A stretch of 51,707 nt of DNA from Gemmatimonadota bacterium (lineage in GTDB: Bacteria; Gemmatimonadota; Gemmatimonadetes; Longimicrobiales; Gaopeijiaceae), in contig PWZC01000281.1 of the NCBI GenBank assembly GCA_003567615.1, forward strand, positions 1 to 51,707. Reading direction: 5' to 3'. The stretch's first letter is position 1; the number at the start of each line of letters is the position of its first letter. The translations under genes were made by a program, and so were the position numbers. The notes below the pieces were generated by a model. The model saw nothing but the letters and a program-made list of their open reading frames with translations, was not told the origin of the DNA and ran no database searches. Shown piece by piece: positions 32,646-41,961 of the stretch.

Positions 32646-35206
32646 CCTTCCGCTCCTGATTCGTCCCGGACCGGGTTCGCCGGGGTCACGTGCGCGGCCG
32701 GGGCTTCCTGGTGGTAGCCGCTGCCCGTCGACCGCCTGCGCCTGACCTGCATGCCCACCTGATCCCGGAGGGCCCCGTGCCACGGGGTGCCCGATCCGAA
32801 GGCAGGTGGGCTTGCCCGGAGTGTCCTGAGTGTCCACCCGACAGAGGCCAGCGGGGACTCGGGGTCCAGGGGACCGGTGAGGAAGAAGCCCGACGAGGCC
32901 ACCCTGTCCGCGTGCCGGGGGAAGGGGAGGGGGTCGCTGCCGGCGAGGACCGGGAGCCCGGACTCCTCCCCCTTTCGCAGGATGACGGGACGCCGGGTCC
33001 AGGTGGGCCGGTTGCCGTTGTCGCCCAGGAAGACGGGCGGGTCCTCCAGGGGGGGGCGCACGGTGCTCGGGACTCCGAGGCGTTCCACCATCTCCCGCAC
33101 CAGGCGCCCGCGTCGGCCCCACCACTTCCCGAATCCCCATGGGAGAACGGGAATCCCACCGGCGGAGCGGATGTCCTGGATGGTTTCGGAGAGCGGACGG
33201 CCATCAAGCTCGGCGTGCGTTTGCCGGCTACAGAGCGCCAGGACCTCGACCCCTTCAGCAGTCACCACTTGTCTGCCGTCCACAAGCAGGATCGGAAGGC
33301 CCTTCCCCTCGGGTGTGATCCGGACTGATGCCTCTTCACCTGTCCGCTCGATTCTCCAACCGGGGGGAAGGAGCTCCCGGGCTGCCGATTCGTCCCGGAG
33401 GCGCTCCACCGCCGTGCTCCCGGTCACCTCCGCCAGGAGGAGGCAGGCGGCCGCCAAGGGCCGGGCGGAGTTCGACTCGGCCCGGGCCAGGTTGCCGGTG
33501 ACGGCGGTGAGCACATCTCCCCAGTTGAAGAAGGGGTGAACGTGGACGTGAGCGTCCACGAGCCAGGTGACCAGGGAGCCTCCGGCACCTTCGTCCGGTC
33601 CTGACGTCGTCTCGTCCGGTCCCACGGACGACCGGCTCATCCGGGCTAACTCCCGCGCGGCTGCCGCATGAGCCTCCTCGGGAAGCGGACCCGAATACCC
33701 CAGCCCCATCCGACGATGCAGAAGGTCCTGGACGGTGCAGGCCATCTCGCTTGCGGCCCCGTGCCGAAGCTGGGCCCCGATTGCCGGTACCTCGGGAGCG
33801 ATCCTCCGGGCGGCCTCCGGATCCCCTTCCAGATGGGCCATCACCTCGGGGTAGGCGGCACCGTACGTCCGTGCGAGGCGGGTGGGGATTCCCTCCGGAA
33901 GCGCCTCGCCCCAGTCCCGACGGGCTGTGGCCTCCAGCGTTGAGAGCTGGGCGGCGGGTGCCCCGGGGAGGACGGTTTCCTTTGTGAGCGAGGGGGGTGG
34001 GCTGCGGTCCAGCACCGAGAAGATGCGGTCCGTCAAGGACTCGGCCACCAGCCGGGCAAGGGTCAGGTTGAGGGTCTCGGCTTCGATGACGGGTGTCCCC
34101 TCCCCGCCCTCCAGGACGCGGATCCGGGAACGTCGGGTGAGTCGTACCGGCCCACCTCGGTCCCGGGCTCCGGTGGGTCGGGCCGGTAGGAGGCCGGCGT
34201 GGACCGCCAGCACGTGGGCCGGACTCACCGGCGGTCCCGGCCAGGCGGCGTTGAAATGGCTCAGGAGCTCCGCCACCGCCGAATGGTCCGGTGACGACGG
34301 AAGGGAGCTTGGGGTACCGCTCAGGTGGAGTGTCCCCACCAGCACCCGGTCCTGCCAGGGAACCCGGAGAAGTCGCCGGCCTCCGGCGTCCAGGGCCAGG
34401 GCCGTGGTAGTCCCGTCGCCGGGGAGAACCAGGTTCAGCGCCAGCGATGGGATGGATCCGCGTGCCACCGGCCGGCCCGTGAGCCGTTGGGACAGATCGT
34501 GAGCGGCAGGGCCGGCACAGTTCGCGATGACCCGTCCCCGCACCTCCAGCCTGTCACCTGAAAGCTGGTCCCGGGCCACGATACCGACTCGGCGCCCATT
34601 TTCGGTGAGGGGACCCCGGCAGCTCACATGGTTCGCCGCTACTGCACCGGCCTGGACCGCTGCCTTCACCACCTCCAGGACCATGCGCTCCGGCGAGCGG
34701 ACGGTGGTGTCGTGGAATAGAATGCCTCCGGCCGGCGGCTGCCCCTCCAGTTGGGGGATCCGGGCCACACACTCCCGGGGATCCAGGAGGCGGGCCGGCG
34801 GCAGGGCCAGCATCCCCGGTACGTCCCGATTCCGGTCCCAGGAGAGGGCGTTGGCCACAGCCACGGAGCCCTTGCGGAATAGATCTCTCGCCAGTCCGCG
34901 GCGGGCGAAGGGGACGAGGACCGGCAGGGGCTCCACCAGGTGGGGCGCAATGCGGAGCCACGCTGCCCTCTCGCCCAGCGATGCGCGCATTCGGGGCAGG
35001 TCCAGTCGCGGAAGGTAGCGAAGTCCCCCGTGCACGATGCGCAGCGAGTTGGAGGTTGTGGCTCCCCCGAAGTCCTCTCCTTCCACCAGGGCGACAGCGA
35101 GGCCCCGGAGCGCTGAATCCCAGGCCGTGAAGGCGCCCAGTACCCCGCCTCCCACGATGATGACGTCGAATGAACGAACTTCGAGATCGGCGGGGCGACG
35201 GATCAC
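32642..35206 (-). CDS. Fusion protein: N-terminal FAD-dependent oxidoreductase (GlpD/glycerol-3-phosphate dehydrogenase-like) plus a C-terminal domain of about 330 aa, unknown function, with an HxH metal-type motif
   Basis: FDVIIVGGGVLGAFTAWDSALRGLAVALVEGEDFGGATTSNSLRIVHGGLRYL (FAD dinucleotide fold with the GlpD signature). The C-terminal part begins LVTWLVDAHVHVHPFFNW. GTG start at 35206 overlaps the upstream stop (GTGA). Confidence 0.75.
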   Translation of the reverse strand: MIRRPADLEVRSFDVIIVGGGVLGAFTAWDSALRGLAVALVEGEDFGGATTSNSLRIVHGGLRYLPRLDLPRMRASLGERAAWLRIAPHLVEPLPVLVPFARRGLARDLFRKGSVAVANALSWDRNRDVPGMLALPPARLLDPRECVARIPQLEGQPPAGGILFHDTTVRSPERMVLEVVKAAVQAGAVAANHVSCRGPLTENGRRVGIVARDQLSGDRLEVRGRVIANCAGPAAHDLSQRLTGRPVARGSIPSLALNLVLPGDGTTTALALDAGGRRLLRVPWQDRVLVGTLHLSGTPSSLPSSPDHSAVAELLSHFNAAWPGPPVSPAHVLAVHAGLLPARPTGARDRGGPVRLTRRSRIRVLEGGEGTPVIEAETLNLTLARLVAESLTDRIFSVLDRSPPPSLTKETVLPGAPAAQLSTLEATARRDWGEALPEGIPTRLARTYGAAYPEVMAHLEGDPEAARRIAPEVPAIGAQLRHGAASEMACTVQDLLHRRMGLGYSGPLPEEAHAAAARELARMSRSSVGPDETTSGPDEGAGGSLVTWLVDAHVHVHPFFNWGDVLTAVTGNLARAESNSARPLAAACLLLAEVTGSTAVERLRDESAARELLPPGWRIERTGEEASVRITPEGKGLPILLVDGRQVVTAEGVEVLALCSRQTHAELDGRPLSETIQDIRSAGGIPVLPWGFGKWWGRRGRLVREMVERLGVPSTVRPPLEDPPVFLGDNGNRPTWTRRPVILRKGEESGLPVLAGSDPLPFPRHADRVASSGFFLTGPLDPESPLASVGWTLRTLRASPPAFGSGTPWHGALRDQVGMQVRRRRSTGSGYHQEAPAAHVTPANPVRDESGAEG

Positions 35207-36129
35207 GAAAGGCCCTCTTCACTCAGATGGATGGGCACCGTCCTCCCGGCTCCAAGTCGTCGCCGAACGCTTCGGAGCCCCCGGAGCAGGCGGGCTCCCC
35301 GGGGGTGCCTAAGGGCCCAGAGTTCGGTGCGGATGGTTCGTTCCAGCCGCGGATCCCGAACTCCCAAGTCCCGGGCATAGGTCCGCACCCAGAGCAGGAA
35401 CCCCTCCCTCCACCGGGCTTCGTCCGCCGGTTCGGGATTGCTGGTCATCGCCCTGCTGTGTTGTCTGTACCGATCCAACACTTCTTCGGTGGCCACAGCG
35501 GGCTCGGCCAGGAGCATTCTCGCGTAGAACGCCTGGTCCTCGGTGGGCCACGGGAACGACTCTACGAAGCCATTCACGCGTCGGACCGCTCCGGTACGAC
35601 AGGTGATTGACGTAGGGCAGGGAACAGCGACAGCCCCGGAGATCAGATGAACAAGCAGTGCCCGGGGGGACAGGAGGGTGCGCGTGGGCACTCCCAGGGC
35701 CGGTGTGAAATCGGGGGTGTCACTTCCGTCCCAGCTCCTCCAGTAGAGGCTTGCGCCGAAGGCCATGGCGGCTCCTGGACGTCCGTCCAGCAGTTCCAGG
35801 TGGGTCTCGAGGCGCTGGGGGAGCCACACGTCATCCGCGTCCAGAAAGGCCACGATCTCTCCCTTCGCGCGTTCCAGCCCCCGATTCCGTGTCGCGGGCA
35901 CACCCCGGTTCCCGCCACCGGGATGCCCGAAGACCTGGATGCGGTCCGGGTCCCGGGCCGCCCACTTCTCGGCTTCCCGGGTAGCCTCCGGGCCGGACCC
36001 GTCGTTCACCAGCAGGAGCTCCCAGGCGGGGAAGCTCTGCGCCAGCACGCTTTCCACCGCCTCAGCCAGGAATCGGGGATCCGGATCCAGGAAGGGGATG
36101 ATGACGGAAACCCGGGGTGAATCGCTCAC
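35203..36129 (-). CDS. Family 2 glycosyltransferase
   Basis: VSVIIPFLD, LLLVNDGSGPE, VAFLDADD. Start placed at GTG 36129, overlapping the deacetylase stop (GTGA at 36126-36129). The track start at 36225 would overlap the upstream gene by about 100 nt. Confidence 0.82.
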   Translation of the reverse strand: MSDSPRVSVIIPFLDPDPRFLAEAVESVLAQSFPAWELLLVNDGSGPEATREAEKWAARDPDRIQVFGHPGGGNRGVPATRNRGLERAKGEIVAFLDADDVWLPQRLETHLELLDGRPGAAMAFGASLYWRSWDGSDTPDFTPALGVPTRTLLSPRALLVHLISGAVAVPCPTSITCRTGAVRRVNGFVESFPWPTEDQAFYARMLLAEPAVATEEVLDRYRQHSRAMTSNPEPADEARWREGFLLWVRTYARDLGVRDPRLERTIRTELWALRHPRGARLLRGLRSVRRRLGAGRTVPIHLSEEGLS

Positions 36130-36995
36130 GGTCCGGCCCTCTCGGTCGGAGTGGCAGTCGCCATTGAGCTGGCTCCACCTCCCCTCGCACCCCCCGGGCG
36201 GATTCCCGTCCAGGAGGCGAGCCAACGTTCAAAGGCCGGACCCGGGACGTCAGGGGGCCAGAGCCGCGGGAGCCGGAGGGGGTCACTGGATTCGGTGATG
36301 AGGCCCGGTCTGGAAGCGCATGCCAGCCGGCAGCCAGATTCCCGCACCGCTCGCTGCACCCGTTCGTTCACCCCGCCGTGGGGGTAGGAGAAGCTCGTCA
36401 CAGGCCGGTTGAGCAGGGCCTCCAATCGATCCCGCCCTTCCACCACCTCGCGGCGAACCTCACGCGGCGCAAGGGTGGTCAGGTCGGGATGACTCAGTGT
36501 GTGGGCGCCGATCTCCACCAGGGGATGGTCGGCGAGCTCACGAAGCTCCGCGGTGGTAAGGGGCCTACCGTCAAAGCCGTCCCGGTCCCGGTCCCAGCGG
36601 AAACGGTCGGTTCCCACAGCGCCGGCCACCACGAAGACCGTCAACGGCATGGCAACGTCCTCGACAAGGGGAAGGGCCGCTCCCATGACATCGGCATATC
36701 CGTCGTCGAAAGTGAGGGCCAGGGCACGCCGAGCCTTGCCGAGCTCGAGGCCATTGGAGGGGGGTTCGGGGGCAGCGTCCGATCTACCCAGGAGGTCAGC
36801 CGGGCGCACCACCTGGAAGTGGCGCGAGATCACCTGCAGGTGGTCCCGGAAGTGTGACGGGTGCACGCAGAGGACGTGGGGGTCGTCCCGGTCCTCGGCA
36901 ACCCGGTGGTAGCCCAGGATCACTCCCCCTCCCAGGAGCCGGCCCCGCCAGTACCATCCGTGGCGCTGCAGCGTCTTGCCCCCCGGGATCCTCAC
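36126..36995 (-). CDS. Polysaccharide deacetylase (CE4 / NodB homology domain)
   Basis: LALTFDDGY (motif 1), IGAHTLSHPDL (motif 2), SFSYPHG (motif 3). GTG start overlaps the methyltransferase stop (GTGA at 36992-36995). Confidence 0.85.
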   Translation of the reverse strand: MRIPGGKTLQRHGWYWRGRLLGGGVILGYHRVAEDRDDPHVLCVHPSHFRDHLQVISRHFQVVRPADLLGRSDAAPEPPSNGLELGKARRALALTFDDGYADVMGAALPLVEDVAMPLTVFVVAGAVGTDRFRWDRDRDGFDGRPLTTAELRELADHPLVEIGAHTLSHPDLTTLAPREVRREVVEGRDRLEALLNRPVTSFSYPHGGVNERVQRAVRESGCRLACASRPGLITESSDPLRLPRLWPPDVPGPAFERWLASWTGIRPGGARGGGASSMATATPTERAGP

Positions 36996-37834
36996 GGTGC
37001 GCCGGACCCTTCTGCATCGGCGGTGCCGCTGGAGTGGCCCTTCCGGGTCGCCCTCACCATCACCAGGAGTTCGTAGTCCGGATCGTGATGGGCCAGTTCC
37101 CTCTCGGTCAGCTCCTCCGCGGCCAACCCCTGGAGGAAGGCGGTGGCAGTCAGCACGTTCCCCACCGACTGCACATGGACCTCTCCCCCCGGGAAGGCGT
37201 CACCGAATAGGCGCGCGGCCGAGTGCCGGGTAAGCGCCCAGTGGGATCCCCAGGAGCCGTCCGCGGCGCCGGTAAGTCGGCTGAGGCCAGGAAATGTCAC
37301 CAGCGCGCTTCCTCCCGGACGCAGGATGCGGTGCAGGGTGCGCACCGCCCCCTGAATATCGAACACAAAATGGAGCGTCTGGGTCACAATCAGGCAGTCG
37401 AAGGCGACTTCCGGTATTCCCTCGCCCGTGGCCAGATCTCCGAGGAGCGTTACCCCCGGCAGACGATCCGACAGGTGGAGGACATCGCTGCGATGCACCT
37501 GGTCACCCCCGAAGCGGCGGGTGTAGTCGCTGGTATCGATCTCCAGCACTCGGCCCCGGATTCGTCCACGCTCCGCCTCCAGGAATCCTTCGATGTAGTG
37601 ACGATCGATGGGAACCCCCCGATCGAAGCCCCAGTCGGAGCTGATGGGATCCAGGCGGCGGAGGGAGCCGAAGCGCACGGCCCCGATGGGAGGGTTCTGA
37701 AGGGTCCGGGTAGCGACCTGTGCCAAGCCGCGACGCACCCTGCGTGGGAGGAGGGTCCGCATGAGCCGGCGAAGGGGACCTCCGGGGTATTCGGTGGTTC
37801 CCGCCGAGAGATTCGACTCGTCCGGTGTCTCCAT
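36992..37834 (-). CDS. Class I SAM-dependent methyltransferase
   Basis: VLEID.S (motif I-like), FDCLIVTQTLHFVFD, LRPGGSALVTFPG. First gene of the long minus-strand operon. Confidence 0.7.
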   Translation of the reverse strand: METPDESNLSAGTTEYPGGPLRRLMRTLLPRRVRRGLAQVATRTLQNPPIGAVRFGSLRRLDPISSDWGFDRGVPIDRHYIEGFLEAERGRIRGRVLEIDTSDYTRRFGGDQVHRSDVLHLSDRLPGVTLLGDLATGEGIPEVAFDCLIVTQTLHFVFDIQGAVRTLHRILRPGGSALVTFPGLSRLTGAADGSWGSHWALTRHSAARLFGDAFPGGEVHVQSVGNVLTATAFLQGLAAEELTERELAHHDPDYELLVMVRATRKGHSSGTADAEGSGAP

Positions 37835-38099
37835 GTAGCTCGTCTGTGTCGAGGTTCGGTGCGGGGATGCGGAGGGTGGGACCCGGTCTGCGCGAAGTCT
37901 TCAGGGGCTGGAAATAGCAACCTTCATGCCCCTGTAATCATAGCCACACGGTGCGTCGGCCGCAGGGCACAAGTCTTGCTACCCGTCGAGCGCAAGGAAG
38001 GAAACAGTCATCCAGGACACCCGTCTCTCCCATTCCCTCATTTCTCGGCCATACTATCCTTTCGGTTCGGTCCACCTACCCCGCTTCCATGGCCTTTCC

Positions 38100-38975
38100 A
38101 TGACCAGTCAGCCGTCCTCTCCCGTGAACGTTGCCGGAGCCGGCGGTTCCTTGGCGCCGTATGGTGGGGGGCAGCCCCGCCCCTGGGCCCTGGAACTCTT
38201 CGACCACTCCCTGAAGAAGCGACTCAAGGTGGAGCTTCTGGCCAAGCTGGCCGGAGAGCTGGGGGGTCAACGCTGCCTCCTGATAACGTGCGGAGACAAT
38301 CCGGGGGCCATAAACTGGCACCTAAGGGACCGGGGGGGTGACTGGAGCTGGGCCGAGATGGAAGCGGCCCGCATTCCGGCCATGGAGGAGCTGCTTGGCG
38401 AGCCGGTGGTCGACGCCGCGCCTCACCTGCTCCCCTTCGACGACGGGGCCTTCGACCTGGTGATGACAATCGACGTGCACGAGCACTTGGACGAAACCGA
38501 CCCGTTGAACCGGGAGTTGGCCCGGATCCTGGCAGCCGGAGGGCGCGCCCTGGTGACCACACCGAACGGAGATCCACGCATGCCACTGGCCCGGGTGAAA
38601 CGCCTTCTGGCGATGTCCCCGGAGGTCTACGGCCACAGGGTGCAGGGCTACACGGCGAAGGAGCTGGAGGGGATGCTTACGGCAGTGGGGCTGGTTCCCG
38701 AGGACCAGGGCGCCTATTCGCGGTTCTTCACCGAGGGGATCGAGCTTGCCATCAACCTGGCCTACGTCAAGGTGCTGGGGCGGTCCCCGGATGGCGCGGC
38801 GCCCAGGGAGGGGGAGATCGCACCGTCCTCCAGCGGAGAGCTGAAGCGACTGAGCGGCCCCTACCGGATCTATCGAGCGGTCTACCCTCTGCTTCGTGCT
38901 GTCTCCCGTCTGGACGGGCTGATTCCGGGGTCCGGAGGCTACGCCGTCGCCGTCCTGGCCCGTAAGCCTACATGA
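38100..38975 (+). CDS. Class I SAM-dependent methyltransferase
   Basis: FDLVMTIDVHEHLDE, LARILAAGGRALVTTPNG. Motif I is weak (CLLITCGDNPG). Confidence 0.65.
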   Translation: MTSQPSSPVNVAGAGGSLAPYGGGQPRPWALELFDHSLKKRLKVELLAKLAGELGGQRCLLITCGDNPGAINWHLRDRGGDWSWAEMEAARIPAMEELLGEPVVDAAPHLLPFDDGAFDLVMTIDVHEHLDETDPLNRELARILAAGGRALVTTPNGDPRMPLARVKRLLAMSPEVYGHRVQGYTAKELEGMLTAVGLVPEDQGAYSRFFTEGIELAINLAYVKVLGRSPDGAAPREGEIAPSSSGELKRLSGPYRIYRAVYPLLRAVSRLDGLIPGSGGYAVAVLARKPT

Positions 38976-40021
38976 GGGGCCCGGCGACACCCACCGAGCG
39001 GGGAAATCCGGCAACGGGTGTCGCGGGGTCGCATCGTCCAGGCGGGACTCGCGTTGCCGCGGTCAGCGGCTCGCAGGGGTTCATCGGGCGACACCTTGTC
39101 CGAAGGCTAGGTAGAGCGGGGTGGAGTGTGCGAGCGTTGGACCTTGCGGGTCCGGATCAGCCGGCGGATGACGGTGTCGTCCATCACCGTGTGGACATCC
39201 GGGATCGAGAGGCGATGGAGGCGGTCCTGGACGGTGTCGAGGTCTTCTTCCACCTGGCCAGCGCCCACCTCGAACACGGTGCTCCCTCCGACTGGTACCA
39301 TTCAGTGAACGTGGAGGGGGCGGGTTTCGTGGCACAGGCCTCGGCCCGGATGGGTGTGCGACGGCTGGTCCACACCAGCAGTGTGGGGATCTACGGTGAT
39401 GTGGGGAAGAAACCGGTGGACGAGGAGGCCCCGAAGCACCCCTCCAATCTCTATGAGCGGACCAAGCTCATGGGAGAGGAGGCCGTGCTGGAAGGAGCCG
39501 CCGGCCAGGGCCTTGAGGTCATCATCCTGCGCCCTGGCTGGGTGTACGGCCCTGGCTGTCGACGGACCGAGAAGCTTCTCCGATCCGTGCGCCGCCGCCG
39601 ATTCGCCTACGTCGGGGACGGTTCGAACCTCCGGCACCCGCTGCACATCTCCGACATGCTGGACGCCTTCCTGCTCGCTGCCGACGCCCCGGCCTCCGCT
39701 GTGGGCCGGGCGTACTTGGTGGTGGGGCCCCGCCCCGTCACCGTCCGTGAGCTGGTGGCCACCTGCGCCCGGGTCCAGAAGGTCGGGGAGCCGAGCCTTC
39801 GCCTCCCCCGCTTCCTGGTGAGCGCAGGTCTCCACACCCTGGAGACGGCCTTTTCCGTCCTGGGTCGGACACCTCCCGTATCTCGACGATCCCTCGCCTT
39901 CTTCGAGAACGACAATGCCTTCTCCGGACGGGCGGCGGCGGAGGCGTTGGACTTCCATCCCCGAACGGAGCTGGAGGAGGGCCTTCGCGCCACCCTCCAG
40001 GCGCAGGGGGGGGCGGGCTGA
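38972..40021 (+). CDS. NAD-dependent sugar-nucleotide epimerase/dehydratase (extended SDR)
   Basis: VSGSQGFIGRHLVRRL (GxxGxxG), SS..IYG, catalytic Y-x3-K in NLYERTKLMGE. The ATG overlaps the upstream stop (ATGA at 38972-38975). The roughly 28-aa N-terminal extension makes the start uncertain. Confidence 0.82.
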   Translation: MRGPATPTERGNPATGVAGSHRPGGTRVAAVSGSQGFIGRHLVRRLGRAGWSVRALDLAGPDQPADDGVVHHRVDIRDREAMEAVLDGVEVFFHLASAHLEHGAPSDWYHSVNVEGAGFVAQASARMGVRRLVHTSSVGIYGDVGKKPVDEEAPKHPSNLYERTKLMGEEAVLEGAAGQGLEVIILRPGWVYGPGCRRTEKLLRSVRRRRFAYVGDGSNLRHPLHISDMLDAFLLAADAPASAVGRAYLVVGPRPVTVRELVATCARVQKVGEPSLRLPRFLVSAGLHTLETAFSVLGRTPPVSRRSLAFFENDNAFSGRAAAEALDFHPRTELEEGLRATLQAQGGAG

Positions 40022-41961
40022 TGTGCGGGATCACCGGCGTCGTCGGCGGAGATCCCGCCCGGGAACTCGAGGCCGTGCGGACCATGACGGCCACCCTCGC
40101 CCATCGAGGACCCGACGACGGGGGGGTCGAGCAGGCCGGAGCAGCCATACTGGGCAATCGCCGGTTGGCCATAATGGACCCCGGCGCTCCGGGCCAGCCT
40201 ATGACAACGGATGACGGACGCTTCGTCATCACCTTCAATGGGGAGATCTACAACCATGTGGAACTCCGCCGCGAACTGGAGGCGGCCGGGCACCGATTCA
40301 GGACCCGCACGGACACCGAGGTCGTCCTGCGTCTTTTCGCCGAGAGGGGAGCCCAGTGCCTGACCATGCTCCGGGGCATGTTCGCCTGCGCCATCTGGGA
40401 CCGGAGGCGGGAACGGCTTTTCGCGGCCCGGGACCCGTTCGGACAGAAGCCCTTCCACTACGCCGTGGTTGGGGGACGCTTCATCTTTGCCTCGGAGATC
40501 AAGGCGCTCCTGGCCCATCCGGCCATCTCCGCGGAGCCAGAGCTGGAGGCGGTAGATCACTACCTGACCCAGCGCTTCGTGCCCCCGCCCCTCACCATGC
40601 TTCGGGGCGTGCGGAAGCTGCCTGCCGGACACCACCTCCTGTGGGAAAACGGAGCACTTCAGGTTGCCCCTTGGTGGGAACTCGATTTTCGTCATGAGGA
40701 GGACCGACCGGACGAGGAGTGGATTGCCGAGCTGGAGAGGCGGGTCGACCTGGCGGTGCGACGGCATCTGGTGAGCGACGTCCCCATGGGCGCTCTCCTG
40801 TCGGGGGGGCTCGACTCCAGCGCCGTAGTGGCAGCCATGGCTCGGGCCATGGATGAGCCGTTCCCGACGTTCTGTGTGGGAACCGAGGTTGCGTCGCTGG
40901 ATGAGCGGCCCTTTGCCCGGATGGTGGCGGAGCACCTGGGGACCATCCACCACGAAAGACGGGTCGGTGACGAAGTGCTCGGGGGCATTCCGGACCTGGT
41001 CCGATGCCTGGACGAACCCTCGGATCCCATTGCCGCCTGCACCTGGGAAGCGGCTCGCCTGGCCGCCACGCAGGTCAAGGTGGTCCTGGGCGGGGACGGC
41101 GGTGACGAGCTCTTTGGAGGCTTCGACCGGTATGCCGCCTTCCCCTGGGCGGAGCTCTATGCCCGGGTGCCTGCAGGGATTCGCCGAAGGCTGGCCGGTC
41201 CGATGGCGAAGGCGCTGCCGGGGGCCGGGAGATACAAGAGCTTCGGACAGAAGGCGCGTTGGCTGAACGACCTGAACGGGCGCCGGGGCGGCGCCCTCTA
41301 CGCCCGAATGACCAGCGTATTCCGTTTTGGACCCGACGAGAAGCAGTGGTGCTACGGTCCACGTCTGGCCGGAGCTGCCACCGGGGCGGCCGAGACCCTC
41401 ATCGAACGGGCCTTCGACGAAGCTCCGGCTCGGGACGATCTCCACCGGATGCTCGCCGCCGACGTGGCCACCCGCCTTCCCGAGCACTCCCTCCTTCTGG
41501 CGGACCGCCTCAGCATGGCCCACGGACTGGAGTTGCGCAGCCCGTTGCTGGACGTGGACCTGGCGGCCTTCTGCGCCCGGATGCCCAGCCGGCTAAAGGT
41601 CCGACGGAACCTCACGAAGGTGGCGCTTCGGCGGGCCTTCGACGCACGACTCCCCACCGACATCTCCAAGCGACCCAAGCAGGGCTTCATGCTGCCCGTG
41701 GCATACTGGTTGCGAGGGTCATCGCTGGACCGGGTCCGGGACACACTGGAGGCGGGTCCACTGGTACGGGAAGGATGGATCGCCTCGGGCGCAGCGAGCC
41801 GTCTCGCCGGTGAGCACGCGCGGGGGCGGGCCGACCACCACGTGCGGCTGTGGATGCTCATCAATCTGGACGTGTGGGTGCGCCTGTATCTCAAGCTGGG
41901 AGGAAGCGGGGAATGGCCGGACGAGCAGATGTCCTCGACAATGGTGCGGACGGTCCGGTGA
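40021..41961 (+). CDS. Asparagine synthetase B-family glutamine amidotransferase (canonical)
   Basis: MCGITGVVG (Cys2), HRGPDDGG, FNGEIYNHVELRRELE, PP-loop ALLSGGLDSSAVVAAM. The start overlaps the SDR stop by 1 nt (TGATG). Confidence 0.9.
   Translation: MCGITGVVGGDPARELEAVRTMTATLAHRGPDDGGVEQAGAAILGNRRLAIMDPGAPGQPMTTDDGRFVITFNGEIYNHVELRRELEAAGHRFRTRTDTEVVLRLFAERGAQCLTMLRGMFACAIWDRRRERLFAARDPFGQKPFHYAVVGGRFIFASEIKALLAHPAISAEPELEAVDHYLTQRFVPPPLTMLRGVRKLPAGHHLLWENGALQVAPWWELDFRHEEDRPDEEWIAELERRVDLAVRRHLVSDVPMGALLSGGLDSSAVVAAMARAMDEPFPTFCVGTEVASLDERPFARMVAEHLGTIHHERRVGDEVLGGIPDLVRCLDEPSDPIAACTWEAARLAATQVKVVLGGDGGDELFGGFDRYAAFPWAELYARVPAGIRRRLAGPMAKALPGAGRYKSFGQKARWLNDLNGRRGGALYARMTSVFRFGPDEKQWCYGPRLAGAATGAAETLIERAFDEAPARDDLHRMLAADVATRLPEHSLLLADRLSMAHGLELRSPLLDVDLAAFCARMPSRLKVRRNLTKVALRRAFDARLPTDISKRPKQGFMLPVAYWLRGSSLDRVRDTLEAGPLVREGWIASGAASRLAGEHARGRADHHVRLWMLINLDVWVRLYLKLGGSGEWPDEQMSSTMVRTVR

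Noticed and set aside
37902-37934. 7-bp inverted repeat (caggggc...gcccctg), with a vaguely sigma-54-like GG-N10-GC inside, in the divergent region between the two large operons
   Set aside because: The loop is 19 nt and the flanking bases match the TGGCAC-N5-TTGC consensus poorly. It cannot be told apart from chance in GC-rich DNA without a scoring matrix.
29405-41961. The two other AsnB-like genes (29405-31441, 40021-41961) as additional lasso cyclases
   Set aside because: Both keep the Met-Cys-Gly-Ile glutaminase N-terminus. They have no adjacent precursor-like small ORF, PqqD or B2 gene, and they sit inside glycan operons. They are called canonical amidotransferases.
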